Assembly: GCF_030682515.1 (NCBI RefSeq)
Contig: NZ_JAUXOD010000135.1
Span: forward strand, 5,335 to 69,334
Origin: Hoeflea sp.
GTDB taxonomy: Bacteria > Pseudomonadota > Alphaproteobacteria > Rhizobiales > Rhizobiaceae
DNA length: 64,000 nt
Direction of reading: 5' to 3'
The notes below the pieces were generated by a model. The model searched no databases, was not told the origin of the DNA, and saw only the letters and a program-made list of their open reading frames with translations. Numbering within the stretch: the first letter of the stretch is position 1; each line of letters begins with the position of its first letter. Shown here piece by piece: positions 30,195 to 39,820 of this stretch. Both the position numbers and the translations under genes were made by a program.

Positions 30195-31205
30195 ATGAAG
30201 ACCAGGATTGCAATCAACGGATTTGGCCGGATTGGCCGCAATGTGATGCGCGCAGTTTATGAATCCGGCCGCCAGGACATCGACATCGTCGCCATCAACG
30301 ACCTGGGCCCGGTGGAAACCAATGCCCATCTGCTGCGCTGGGATTCGGTCCACGGCAAGTTCCCCAAGTCGGTCGAAGTCGATGGCGACACGATCCGGAT
30401 TGATGGCACAGACTCGTTCAAGGTCTTCGCCGAGCGCGATCCCAAGAACCTGCCCTGGGGCGACCTCGGCATCGACATCGTGATGGAATGCACCGGCATC
30501 TTCACCGCCCGCGACAAGGCCGCCTTCCACCTCGAAGCCGGCGCCAAGCGCGTGCTGGTGTCCGCGCCCTCCGCCGGCGCCGACAAGACCGTCGTCTATG
30601 GCGTCAACCATGACGTGCTGACCAAGGACGACCTCGTCGTCTCCAACGCGTCCTGCACCACCAACTGCCTGGCGCCGGTCGCCTATGTGCTCAACAACGC
30701 CATCGGCATCGAAAAGGGCATGATGACGACCATCCACTCCTACACCGGGGATCAGCCGACGCTCGACACCATGCACAAGGATCTCTATCGCGCCCGTGCG
30801 GCCGCAATGTCGATGATCCCGACATCGACGGGTGCTGCCAAGGCCGTGGGCCTGGTGCTGCCGGAACTCAACGGCAAGCTTGACGGCATGTCCATCCGCG
30901 TGCCGACCCCGAATGTCTCGGTCGTCGACCTGAAGTTCATCGCCAAGCGCTCCACCTCTGTCGAGGAAATCAACAAGGCCATCCGTGCCGCGGCGGAGGG
31001 CGAACTCAAGGGCGTCCTGGGCTTCACCGATGAGCCCAATGTCTCCATCGACTTCAACCACAACCCGCATTCCTCGGTGTTCCACATGGACCAGACCAAG
31101 GTGATGGACGGAACCTTCTGCTCGATCCTGACCTGGTATGACAACGAGTGGGGCTTCTCCAACCGGATGAACGACACCGCCGTGGCCATGGCGAAGCTCA
31201 TCTAG
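30195..31205 (+). CDS. gap: Glyceraldehyde-3-phosphate dehydrogenase (type I)
   Basis: [46 protein letters not shown]. Confidence 0.98.
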   Translation: MKTRIAINGFGRIGRNVMRAVYESGRQDIDIVAINDLGPVETNAHLLRWDSVHGKFPKSVEVDGDTIRIDGTDSFKVFAERDPKNLPWGDLGIDIVMECTGIFTARDKAAFHLEAGAKRVLVSAPSAGADKTVVYGVNHDVLTKDDLVVSNASCTTNCLAPVAYVLNNAIGIEKGMMTTIHSYTGDQPTLDTMHKDLYRARAAAMSMIPTSTGAAKAVGLVLPELNGKLDGMSIRVPTPNVSVVDLKFIAKRSTSVEEINKAIRAAAEGELKGVLGFTDEPNVSIDFNHNPHSSVFHMDQTKVMDGTFCSILTWYDNEWGFSNRMNDTAVAMAKLI

Positions 31206-31207
31206 TC

Positions 31208-31306
31208 CATATCGCGCAAAGGCGCGCAGCGGTTTTGCGACAACGACATGCCCAATCAAGAAGATAAAGCGCGTCGCCCGGATCCGTGCAATTGCGACGC
31301 GCTTTA
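31208..31306. repeat. Composite palindromic intergenic element (rhizobial RIME/REP-like)
   Basis: Imperfect hairpin catatcgcgcaaa..ttttgcgacaacgacatg (31208-31250) followed by a perfect 13-bp inverted repeat taaagcgcgtcgc/gcgacgcgcttta (31265-31306). Resembles dispersed repeats I recall from Hyphomicrobiales; only one copy is seen here. Confidence 0.55.
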
Positions 31307-31351
31307 GGGGGCAGCCACCCCTCGCCGCCCCGAACAGACTCTGGACACCTG

Positions 31352-31388
31352 CACCGCCACCGCATCAACCGGTGGCGGTGTTGTTTTT
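31352..31388 (+). terminator. Intrinsic terminator after gap
   Basis: Stem caccgccaccg/cggtggcggtg followed by ttgttttt. Confidence 0.6.
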
Positions 31389-31575
31389 GCCGCCCGCCTC
31401 GGCGAAACTGCGCGCCTGTGCTGTTTTGTGCAGCGCCGCTCAAACTATCACCTTGTTTGAAGCCTAGTGTCGGTTCTGCTGCATCCGGACATTGCCCCGG
31501 ATGCCGCCTTCTTTCATACTCGACACCATAACAGCGATCACGCGTCAATCAGGGCGTCAGGACAAGGGACGAGGA

Positions 31576-33396
31576 GTGGACACATTCTACGTTGTGACAT
31601 TGGTCTCGATGTCACTCATTCTCATCGCCGCGTTCTCCAGTCTTCTCGCCGAACGGTTTGGCGCACCGCTGCTGCTTCTGTTTCTGATTATCGGGCTGTT
31701 TGCCGGCGTCGACGGGCTGGGCATCGATTTTTCCAACAACTCCGCGGCCTTCATGCTGGGGTCGATCGCGCTGGCGATCATCCTGTTTGATTCGGGCTAC
31801 GGAACCTCGCTGCATTCCTTCCGCCAGGCGGCCGTTCCGGCGCTGACGCTCGCCACGCTCGGCGTCGCTCTCACCGCCGTCCTGTTCGGCGTCGCGGCGC
31901 GCTTCCTGTTGGGCTTTTCCTGGCTGGAAGGCCTGCTGCTGGGCTCGATCGTCGCCTCCACCGACGCCGCCGCCGTGTTCTTCCTGCTGCGCACCGGCGG
32001 CATCAGCATCCGCGACAAGGTCCGCTCGACGCTGGAAGTGGAATCGGGAACCAACGACCCGATGGCGATCTTTCTCACCGCCGCGCTGGTCGGCATCATT
32101 GCCGCCGGCGAAGGCCTGGGAGGCTCGGGCGTCGAATTGCTCGCCCTGTTCGCCAAGCAGATGGGCCTGGGCCTGGTGGTGGGTCTGGGCGGAGGGTTCC
32201 TGATCGTCCAGCTGATGCGCCGCGTTCCGGTCGAGCGCGGACTGGCCCCCATCTTCGTGCTCGCCCTCGCGCTGCTGGTCTTTGCCTACACTTCGGCGAT
32301 CGGCGGAAGCGGCTTCCTCGCGGTCTATGTGGCGGGCATCTATGCCGGCAACCAGAAGATCCGTCCCAAGGCCTCCATCGTGCGGTTCCAGGAGGGCATG
32401 ACCTGGCTCGCGCAGATCATCATGTTCCTGGTGCTGGGCCTGCTCGCCACACCCTCGCAGTTTCCGCAGATAGCCCTGCCGGCGATCGTGCTCGCGTTCT
32501 TCCTCGTCTTCATCGCCCGCCCGCTGGCGGTCTGGCTGTGCCTGCTGCCGTTTGACTACACCCAGCGCGAGACCGGTTTCGTGGCCTGGGTCGGCTTGCG
32601 CGGCGCGGTCTCCATCCTGCTCGCCATCCTGCCCATCCTCGGCAATCTCGAAAACGGGCAGCTCTATTTCAATACCGCCTTCATCGTGGTGATGGTGTCG
32701 CTCATCATCCAGGGATGGACCATCAAACCCATGGCCCGCCGCCTCGGGCTGATCGTCCCGCCGCAGATCGGCGCCATCGACAAGCTCGAGCTCGACCTTC
32801 CCGGCACCGCCAACCACGAGTTGCTCGCCTACCGGGTGGTGGCCGACAGTCCGGTGCTGCGCGGCGAGCGGATTCCCCGCTGGGCGCGTCCCTCGCTGGT
32901 CATTCGCGACGGCAAGTCGATGCGCTACCAGTATGCCGGCCGGCTGCAGGAGAACGACCATGTCTACCTGTTCATCGCGCCGGGGTATTCCCGTCTCCTC
33001 GACCGTCTGTTCGCCTCCAAGGTCGAGGTGCGCGAAGACGACGCCGAGTTCTTCGGCACCTTCACCATCGATCCGTCCAGGACCGGCGAGGATCTCGATC
33101 TCGCCTATGGTCCGGGCCTCGTCACGCCCGCCGAAAAATCCCTGACCATCGCCGATCTGATGAAACATCGGCTGGGCGACAACCCGGACTACGCCGACCG
33201 CGTCAAGATCGGACGCATCGTGCTGATCGTGCGCGAGACCGACGAACTCGGCGTCATCAGATCGGTCGGGATCTCGCTCGAACCGGTGGCGCCGGTCACC
33301 CGCCTGCCCCTGTTCCTGAGCCTGCGGGAGATTATCCAGCGGGCACGCGACAACGCGCGCAAACGCCGCGGGCAAGAGCCCCGTTCCGGGGCGTGA
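31576..33396 (+). CDS. cvrA: K+/H+ antiporter (CPA1, CvrA/NhaP2 type) with C-terminal CorC-like domain
   Basis: GAPLLLLFL, LFDSG, STDAAAVF, LEVESGTNDPMA, GLRGAVSI. GTG start at 31576. Confidence 0.85.
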   Translation: MDTFYVVTLVSMSLILIAAFSSLLAERFGAPLLLLFLIIGLFAGVDGLGIDFSNNSAAFMLGSIALAIILFDSGYGTSLHSFRQAAVPALTLATLGVALTAVLFGVAARFLLGFSWLEGLLLGSIVASTDAAAVFFLLRTGGISIRDKVRSTLEVESGTNDPMAIFLTAALVGIIAAGEGLGGSGVELLALFAKQMGLGLVVGLGGGFLIVQLMRRVPVERGLAPIFVLALALLVFAYTSAIGGSGFLAVYVAGIYAGNQKIRPKASIVRFQEGMTWLAQIIMFLVLGLLATPSQFPQIALPAIVLAFFLVFIARPLAVWLCLLPFDYTQRETGFVAWVGLRGAVSILLAILPILGNLENGQLYFNTAFIVVMVSLIIQGWTIKPMARRLGLIVPPQIGAIDKLELDLPGTANHELLAYRVVADSPVLRGERIPRWARPSLVIRDGKSMRYQYAGRLQENDHVYLFIAPGYSRLLDRLFASKVEVREDDAEFFGTFTIDPSRTGEDLDLAYGPGLVTPAEKSLTIADLMKHRLGDNPDYADRVKIGRIVLIVRETDELGVIRSVGISLEPVAPVTRLPLFLSLREIIQRARDNARKRRGQEPRSGA

Positions 33397-33479
33397 ATCT
33401 TGACCCTTTGCCTTGCGTCGTGGTTCGAGGGGTGTAATCTCGCCCCAAAATTCCGCCAAAACGACGAACGGACCAAGCC

Positions 33480-34676
33480 ATGCCCGCCTTCAAGACTCTC
33501 GATGACCTGACAGACCTTTCCGGCAAGCGCGTGCTGCTGCGGGTCGATCTGAATGTTCCCGTCAAGGATGGCAAGGTCACCGACACGACCCGGATCGAGC
33601 GCGTCGCGCCCACCATCCTTGAACTTTCCGGCAAGGGCGCGAGGGTGATCCTGCTCGCCCATTTCGGCCGTCCCGACGGCAAGGCCGTCCCTTCGATGTC
33701 GCTTGGACCGATCGCGGGCGTTGTCGAAAGCGTGCTTGATCACCGCGTCGATTTTGCCGCGGATTGCATCGGCGAGGCCGCGCGAGAGGCCGTGGCCGCC
33801 ATGGATAACGGCGACGTGCTGCTGCTCGAAAACACACGCTTCCATGCGGACGAGGAAAAGAACGATCGCGGATTCGCCGAAGCGTTGGCGAAAAACGGCG
33901 ACATCTACGTCAATGACGCCTTTTCCGCGGCCCACCGCGCCCATGCCTCGACCGAAGGCCTTGCGCACCTGCTGCCCGCCTATGCCGGACGCACCATGCA
34001 GGCGGAACTGATCGCGCTCGAGAAAGGTCTCGGAAAGCCGACGCGGCCGGTGGTCGCCATTGTCGGCGGGGCAAAGGTCTCCTCCAAGATCGACCTGCTC
34101 AAGAACCTGGTCAAGAAGGTCGACGCGCTGGTGATCGGTGGCGGCATGGCCAACACCTTCCTCGCTGCCCGCGGCATCGACGTCGGCAAGTCATTGTGCG
34201 AGCACGACCTCGCCGTCACCGTCAACGGGATCGAAGCCGAGGCCACGGCGGCGGGCTGCGCTCTGGTGCTGCCGGTGGATGGCGTGGTGGCCCGTGAATT
34301 CAAGGCCAATGCAGACAGCGAGACTGTCGATGTCACGGCAATCCCCGCCGACGCGATGATGCTCGACATCGGGCCGAAATCGGTCGCCTCCGTCAACGCC
34401 TGGATTTCCAAGGCCCATACCCTGGTCTGGAACGGCCCGCTCGGCGCCTTCGAGATCCCGCCCTTCGACGCGGCGACCGTGTCGGCCGCCCGGCATGCCG
34501 CGCGCTGCACCTCAGAAGGGCTTCTGGTCTCGGTGGCCGGCGGCGGCGACACCGTCTCGGCGCTCAACCATGCCGGCGTGGCCGAGAGTTTCACCTATGT
34601 CTCCACCGCAGGCGGCGCCTTCCTGGAATGGATGGAAGGCAAGCCTCTGCCCGGGGTAGACGTTCTCGAGGCCTGA
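33480..34676 (+). CDS. pgk: Phosphoglycerate kinase
   Basis: [55 protein letters not shown]. Confidence 0.98.
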   Translation: MPAFKTLDDLTDLSGKRVLLRVDLNVPVKDGKVTDTTRIERVAPTILELSGKGARVILLAHFGRPDGKAVPSMSLGPIAGVVESVLDHRVDFAADCIGEAAREAVAAMDNGDVLLLENTRFHADEEKNDRGFAEALAKNGDIYVNDAFSAAHRAHASTEGLAHLLPAYAGRTMQAELIALEKGLGKPTRPVVAIVGGAKVSSKIDLLKNLVKKVDALVIGGGMANTFLAARGIDVGKSLCEHDLAVTVNGIEAEATAAGCALVLPVDGVVAREFKANADSETVDVTAIPADAMMLDIGPKSVASVNAWISKAHTLVWNGPLGAFEIPPFDAATVSAARHAARCTSEGLLVSVAGGGDTVSALNHAGVAESFTYVSTAGGAFLEWMEGKPLPGVDVLEA

Positions 34677-34736
34677 ACCGCGGGCCGCGCTCGGCACGCG
34701 CCGGCTGAGTTGGGGTTTGCGTCGAAATCACTTTTG

Positions 34737-34772
34737 TTTTCAATCGATTGAAAGATTTTCAATCGATTCAAG
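34737..34772. promoter_or_regulatory. Tandem palindromic operator upstream of the aldolase
   Basis: Perfect 16-bp palindrome TTTCAATCGATTGAAA (34738-34753), with a near copy TTTCAATCGATTCAAG 19 bp downstream. Confidence 0.6.
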
Positions 34773-34851
34773 CAGCGCCATGCCTCTTTTATTCCCGGCG
34801 CTGCTTCTGGTAAACCAGCCGCCAACACCGAGATGAACAGGGGTCCAAAGC

Positions 34852-35745
34852 ATGATGAATGCAACCATGGCGCAGCAGATGACGGACAAGGACGGCTTCA
34901 TCGCCGCGCTCGACCAGTCGGGCGGGTCCACGCCCAAGGCGCTCAAACTCTACGGCGTGGAGGAAGGCGCCTATTCGAATGACCAGGAGATGTATGCGGC
35001 GATCCACGCCATGCGCGCCCGCATCATCAAGTCCCCCGCTTTCACCGGCGAGAAGGTGATCGGCGCGATCCTGTTCGAGCGCACCATGGACAGCGACATC
35101 GACGGCATCCCGACCGCCGATTATCTCTGGGACAAGCGCGGCATCGTGCCGTTCCTGAAGGTCGACCAGGGCCTGGCCGGGGAAGAGAACGGCGTGCAGC
35201 TGATGAAGCCGATCGGCGGGCTCGACGCGCTTCTGGACCGCGCGGTGGCCAAGAATATCTTCGGCACCAAGATGCGGTCCGTCATCAACGCCGCCGACAA
35301 GGACGGGATCGAGGCGATCGTCGCCCAGCAGTTCGAGGTCGGCAAGCAGATACTCGGCCACGGCCTGATGCCGATCATCGAACCGGAAGTGAACATCAAG
35401 ATTTCCGACAAGGCCGAGGCCGAAGACCTGCTGCTGGCAGCACTCGGCCGTCACCTCGACACCTTGTCATCGGGGCAGAGGATCATGCTCAAGCTGTCGC
35501 TGCCGACCAAGACCAATCTCTACAGGAAGCTGGTGGACGATCCGCGCGTCATGCGCGTGGTGGCCCTGTCGGGCGGCTATTCCCGCGACGAAGCCAACCG
35601 CCTGCTGTCCGCCAATGACGGCGTGATCGCCTCCTTCTCGCGCGCGCTCACCGAAGGCCTGTCCCACGGCCAGAGCGATGCGGAGTTCGATGCGACCCTC
35701 GCCGCCACCATCGACAGCATCTACCAGGCGTCCCGCGCCGCCTGA
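34852..35745 (+). CDS. fda: Class I fructose-bisphosphate aldolase (short bacterial Fda type)
   Basis: FIAALDQSGGSTPKAL, GAILFE, PFLKVDQGL, GTKMRS, PIIEPEV, VVALSGGYSR, ASFSRAL. Confidence 0.9.
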   Translation: MMNATMAQQMTDKDGFIAALDQSGGSTPKALKLYGVEEGAYSNDQEMYAAIHAMRARIIKSPAFTGEKVIGAILFERTMDSDIDGIPTADYLWDKRGIVPFLKVDQGLAGEENGVQLMKPIGGLDALLDRAVAKNIFGTKMRSVINAADKDGIEAIVAQQFEVGKQILGHGLMPIIEPEVNIKISDKAEAEDLLLAALGRHLDTLSSGQRIMLKLSLPTKTNLYRKLVDDPRVMRVVALSGGYSRDEANRLLSANDGVIASFSRALTEGLSHGQSDAEFDATLAATIDSIYQASRAA

Positions 35746-35773
35746 CCGGCCCTCGGCAAACCTGGTTTGTTTC

Positions 35774-35800
35774 AACCCGCCGTGGCAACGCGGCGGGTTT
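35774..35800 (+). terminator. Terminator-like hairpin after the aldolase
   Basis: Stem aacccgccg/cggcgggtt; weak U-tract. Confidence 0.45.
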
Positions 35801-35861
35801 CCATTTAGGATGATGGCGACTGTGAAGCCTGATGAACGACAGGGACCGAGACGGATGGCCC

Positions 35862-36605
35862 ATGCATAGACTCGTAGCCGGCCTGATGAGTTGGGCGCTC
35901 GTTCCCGTGGCCGTCATCCAGGGCGCAGGCGTGCGCAGGACCGCGCCGCGGCTGCCGCCGCCGCGCGGGGTTCCGAAGGGCCAGGTGGGCGAAGGACCCG
36001 CAGAGATCCGCCTGCTGGTCGTGGGCGATTCCTCCGCCGCGGGCGTCGGCGCCGAGCGCATCGAGGACACGCTCGGCCCACAGATCGCCCTGCGCCTGAA
36101 CCAGAGCACCGGCAGACCGGTCGCCTGGCGCAATGCCGGCGCCAATTCCGCAACGGCAGCCCAGGTTCGCGACCATGTGGTCCCCAACATCGAGGAGCGG
36201 GATTTCACTCACGTGATCCTGCTGGTGGGCACCAACGACGCCAAGAACTTCGTCACGAAGTCGCGCTTCAAGCAGGGGTTCGGCGGCCTGCTCTATGCAG
36301 CCCATGCCCGCTGGCCGGACGCAAGGATCTACTGGTCGCCGGTCATCGCCATGAAGGATGTGCCGGCATTGCCGCGCGCGCTCGGCTTCATCCTCGGCCT
36401 GCGGGTCGCCATCATCAACGCCACCGGCGCGCAACTGTGCCAGGAACGCTATGGCGCGGCCGTCGATCCGCTTGCCGTGGATGGGCCGGAGGGATTTGCC
36501 GTCGATGGGTTCCACGCCAATGCGCTGGGCTACGGCCACTGGGCCGATCATGTGGCCCGGTTCATCCTGGACGCAGAACGAGCGCCATCATCATCGCAAA
36601 GATGA
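35862..36605 (+). CDS. SGNH/GDSL hydrolase
   Basis: VVGDSSAAG, GANSAT, VGTND, DGFH catalytic blocks. Start uncertain (35832, 35862 or 35886). Confidence 0.85.
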   Translation: MHRLVAGLMSWALVPVAVIQGAGVRRTAPRLPPPRGVPKGQVGEGPAEIRLLVVGDSSAAGVGAERIEDTLGPQIALRLNQSTGRPVAWRNAGANSATAAQVRDHVVPNIEERDFTHVILLVGTNDAKNFVTKSRFKQGFGGLLYAAHARWPDARIYWSPVIAMKDVPALPRALGFILGLRVAIINATGAQLCQERYGAAVDPLAVDGPEGFAVDGFHANALGYGHWADHVARFILDAERAPSSSQR

Positions 36606-36723
36606 GGATCAGGGCGATTTTCCAGACATCGGCCCGCTTCTTGAGGCCCGGAAGCCCGAATGGCTTGATCAGGTGCAGCCCCATCGCGACCAGGACCAGA
36701 GCAAGCAGTACTTTCATCACCAT
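36562..36723 (-). CDS. Small two-TM membrane protein of unknown function (about 53 aa)
   Basis: Two hydrophobic segments around LHLIKPFGLPGLKKRADVWKIAL; overlaps the SGNH 3' end by 44 bp. Start uncertain. Confidence 0.55.
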   Translation of the reverse strand: MVMKVLLALVLVAMGLHLIKPFGLPGLKKRADVWKIALILIFAMMMALVLRPG

Positions 36724-36846
36724 GCGGCGCGCCTTTTTCATTCCAGCCATAAACCTGTCATGATCAGGGTCGATCAGCTAGGCTTGTTATCCGGGCATTG
36801 ATTCCGGTCCGCTCCATCTTGAAACGCTTCTACACACCGGATTATC

Positions 36847-38088
36847 ATGCGACGCAATCTTCTTCCCGTTCTGTCATTGCTGCTGGGCACGGCCTTCCTG
36901 CTTGCGGGCAATGGCCTGCACGGCCTGCTGCTGCCCATGCGCGGATCCGCCGAAGGCTTCTCCCCGACCTCGCTCGGCCTTCTTGGCACGGCCTGGGCCA
37001 CGGGATTCGTGCTCGGATGCATCTATTCGCAGCGTCTGGTCCGGCGCATCGGGCATATCAGGGCGTTTTCGGCCTTCTCCGCCACCATTGCCATCATCGC
37101 GTTGCTGACCGGACTGCTGGTCGATCCCGTCTCCTGGATCCTGCTGCGGGTGGTCACCGGCTTCGCCATCGCCGCCGCCTTCATGATCATCGAAAGCTGG
37201 CTCAACGAGCGGGCCACCAACGAGACAAGGGGCCTGATCTTCTCGCTCTACATGACCGTCACCTATGTCGCCATCGTCGCCGGGCAGATGAGCATTGCGC
37301 TGGGCGACATCAACCAGTCGACCTTCTTCATCATCGCCGGCATCCTCTACTGCCTGGCGCTGCTGCCGACGGCGGTGTCCACCGCATCGAGCCCGGCGCC
37401 ACTCAAGGAGGTCAAGCTCGACCTCGGCATGATCTACCGGAATTCGCCGGTCTCCTTCATCTCGATCCTATTGATCGGCATCGCCAATGGCGCCTTCGGC
37501 ACGCTGGCGCCGGTGTTCGGCGCCAATGTCGGGCTGACCACGCTGACGATTGCCACGATGATGTCGATCACCATCTTCTCGGGCGCCGTCATGCAGCTGC
37601 CCGCCGGCCGCATGTCGGACCGCATGGACCGGCGCTATGTCCTGGCCGGCCTTGCAGCCGTCGCCGGTCTATCGGGCCTCGCCATCGCGGTGATCCAGCC
37701 GTCGGGAATCGGCATCCTGTTCGGGCTGATCTCGCTCTATGGCGCGATGTCCTACACGCTCTATTCCATCACGGTGGCCCATGCCAACGACTTCGCCGCC
37801 AGTGACAAGTTCGTCACCGTCTCCGGCGGCCTGCTGCTGCTCTACGGCATCGGCACCATCATCGGCCCGCTGATTGGCGGCTTCGCCATGGCGAGCAACA
37901 CCTATCTTCTGTTTGCCGTGACCGCGGTTTCCCATGTCGCCATTGCCGTCTACGCCCTGTTCCGTACCCGCAGGCGCGCGGCGATCCCCGCCGAAGATCG
38001 CGATAACTTCTCCTCGACACCGCTTGCCAAGTCCGCGACGCCGGAATCGATCAATCTCGACCCGCGGGCCACCACCCAGGACAACTGA
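36847..38088 (+). CDS. MFS transporter (YcaD-like)
   Basis: About 12 TM segments; IESWLNE, QLPAGRMSDRMDRR, HAND motifs. Confidence 0.88.
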   Translation: MRRNLLPVLSLLLGTAFLLAGNGLHGLLLPMRGSAEGFSPTSLGLLGTAWATGFVLGCIYSQRLVRRIGHIRAFSAFSATIAIIALLTGLLVDPVSWILLRVVTGFAIAAAFMIIESWLNERATNETRGLIFSLYMTVTYVAIVAGQMSIALGDINQSTFFIIAGILYCLALLPTAVSTASSPAPLKEVKLDLGMIYRNSPVSFISILLIGIANGAFGTLAPVFGANVGLTTLTIATMMSITIFSGAVMQLPAGRMSDRMDRRYVLAGLAAVAGLSGLAIAVIQPSGIGILFGLISLYGAMSYTLYSITVAHANDFAASDKFVTVSGGLLLLYGIGTIIGPLIGGFAMASNTYLLFAVTAVSHVAIAVYALFRTRRRAAIPAEDRDNFSSTPLAKSATPESINLDPRATTQDN

Positions 38089-38109
38089 TGCCGGGGGCCG
38101 CCGGGCGCT

Positions 38110-39090
38110 TCAACCCATGTCGAGCACGATCTTGCCGATGTGATCGCCATCCTCCATGCGCTGGTGGGCGGCGGACGCCTGCTCCATCGGAAAGATCGAA
38201 TCCATCACCGGCAGCACCTTGCGTTCGCTCAGGAGCGGCCAGACATGCTGGCGCAGCTCGTCGGCGATTTTCGCCTTGAAGGCGATGTCGCGCGCCCTGA
38301 GCGTCGATCCGGTGTGCGTCAGCCGCTTCATCATCAGCAGCGAGAAATCGACCTCCGCCTGGCGGCCCTTGAGGAAGGCGATCTGCACGATCCTGCCCTC
38401 GACCGCCGCCGCCTTGTAGTTGCGGTTGATGTAGTCTCCGCCCACCATGTCGAGGATCAAGTCGACGCCCTTGCCGCCGGTGGCTTCCCGCACCGCGTCG
38501 ACGAAATCGCTCTCGCGATAATTGATGGCCACATCCGCGCCCAGATCGCGCATCGCAGCACACTTCGCCTCCGAACCCGCCGTCGCCAGGACGCGCGCGC
38601 CGAACGCCTTGGCGAGCTGGATGGCGGTGGTGCCGATGCCCGAGGTTCCGCCATGCACCAGGAAGGTCTCGCCCGCCTTGAGCCCTCCCCGCTGGAACAC
38701 ATTGTGCCAGACGGTAAAGAAAGTCTCGGGCAGGGCCGCCGCTTCGGTCATGGTCAGACCGCCGGGGGCGGGCAGCGCGTTGGTTTCATCCACGCAGCAG
38801 AACTCCGCATAGCCGCCGCCGGGGACCAGGGCGCAAACGCGATCTCCCGGCTTGAAGCGCGTGACCGCCGCGCCCGCCGCGACGACTTCGCCGGCGATTT
38901 CAAGCCCGGGAATATCCGACGCCCCTGGCGGCGGCGGATAGGCGCCCTGTCGCTGCAGGCAATCGGGACGGTTGATGCCGGCCGCCAGAACCCTGACCAG
39001 CACTTCTCTCTCCTTGGGAACCGGCCTCTCCCGCGTTGTGATCTGGAGAACCTCGGGGCCTCCGGGTTCACGGATCTCGACTGCACGCAT
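38110..39090 (-). CDS. NAD(P)H:quinone oxidoreductase, PIG3 family
   Basis: AAGINRPDCLQRQGAYPPPPG, PGLE, HGGTSGIGTTAIQLA, HIGKIVL. Confidence 0.9.
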   Translation of the reverse strand: MRAVEIREPGGPEVLQITTRERPVPKEREVLVRVLAAGINRPDCLQRQGAYPPPPGASDIPGLEIAGEVVAAGAAVTRFKPGDRVCALVPGGGYAEFCCVDETNALPAPGGLTMTEAAALPETFFTVWHNVFQRGGLKAGETFLVHGGTSGIGTTAIQLAKAFGARVLATAGSEAKCAAMRDLGADVAINYRESDFVDAVREATGGKGVDLILDMVGGDYINRNYKAAAVEGRIVQIAFLKGRQAEVDFSLLMMKRLTHTGSTLRARDIAFKAKIADELRQHVWPLLSERKVLPVMDSIFPMEQASAAHQRMEDGDHIGKIVLDMG

Positions 39091-39203
39091 CGCTTCACTC
39101 TCCTGCCATCACTTTTCCCCAGCCTAGGCTCAGGCTAGGATGACTTCAATGCCGGATCGCCGCGCGTCCAGGCCAGGCCAGGACCTCACAGGAGACCAGA
39201 CCC

Positions 39204-39395
39204 ATGTTCACTGAAGATGACCGCCCCAAACCCCGGAAGCTTCACGAGATCGGATGCGACCTGACCTTCCTGTCCGCAGGCGAACTCGAGGAGCGCATTG
39301 CGCTGTTGAACGAGGAAATCGCCAGGCTCGAAGCAGACAAGCGCGCCAAGACATCGAGCCGCAGCGTCGCCGAGAGCCTGTTCAAGTCGAAATAG
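39204..39395 (+). CDS. DUF1192-family small protein
   Basis: HEIGCDLTFLSAGELEERIALLNEEIARLE..RSVAESLF; AGGAG RBS. Confidence 0.8.
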   Translation: MFTEDDRPKPRKLHEIGCDLTFLSAGELEERIALLNEEIARLEADKRAKTSSRSVAESLFKSK

Positions 39396-39434
39396 CCCTT
39401 GAGTTGCAAGTCCTTAGCGAAAACTCTCGCGTTG

Positions 39435-39449
39435 TTAAGCTTCGGTTAA
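39435..39449. promoter_or_regulatory. CtrA box overlapping the -35 region of the predicted sRNA promoter
   Basis: TTAA gcttcgg TTAA (perfect); -10-like TATACT at 39467-39472. Confidence 0.7.
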
Positions 39450-39478
39450 GCTTTACAAGTCTTTACTATACTCATCCA

Positions 39479-39569
39479 GGCATCCTGGATTTGACATTTT
39501 GGCCTCCGGTCAATCTGTTTGACGCCTCCCTGTTAAACTCTTGAGAGCCGCTCCTGCGGCTCTTTTTTT
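39479..39569 (+). ncRNA. Predicted trans-acting sRNA with anti-Shine-Dalgarno loops
   Basis: Promoter upstream; stem-loops at 39491-39513 and 39517-39538, both showing GCCTCC in the loop; Rho-independent terminator agagccgc-tcct-gcggctct-T6 (39544-39569). The 5' end is inferred. Confidence 0.65.
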
Positions 39570-39693
39570 GTGCCCGGCCTCGCCTCGAGCCCTGCGGCTC
39601 CTGCCCGAAAACGGCACAATCTGACCCGCGACCGCACCCTCCTGCCGCCCCGCAAACCGCCGAAGCGCGCGGTGTATCACGCCGGCGGGCATG

Positions 39694-39708
39694 TTAACCC
39701 TTTCTTAA
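39694..39708. promoter_or_regulatory. CtrA box upstream of rcdA
   Basis: TTAA ccctttc TTAA (perfect), 113 bp upstream of the rcdA ATG. Confidence 0.72.
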
Positions 39709-39820
39709 GAATAGGCTTGCCGGAACCGATGCTTCGGTTCAGGATACAGGGGCTCGGCAAGGATATGTGACGCCAAGCAGCCGCGTAGCCCAGTATTTTG
39801 TAATCAGGAATTTCCGGCCA

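Noticed and set aside
31332-31346. GAAC-N7-GGAC LexA-like site after gap
   Set aside because: One mismatch, located between a stop codon and a terminator rather than at a promoter.
36744-36761. Pho-box-like CAGCCAT-AAAC-CTGTCAT upstream of the MFS transporter
   Set aside because: Two mismatches in the first half-site and no functional link to phosphate.
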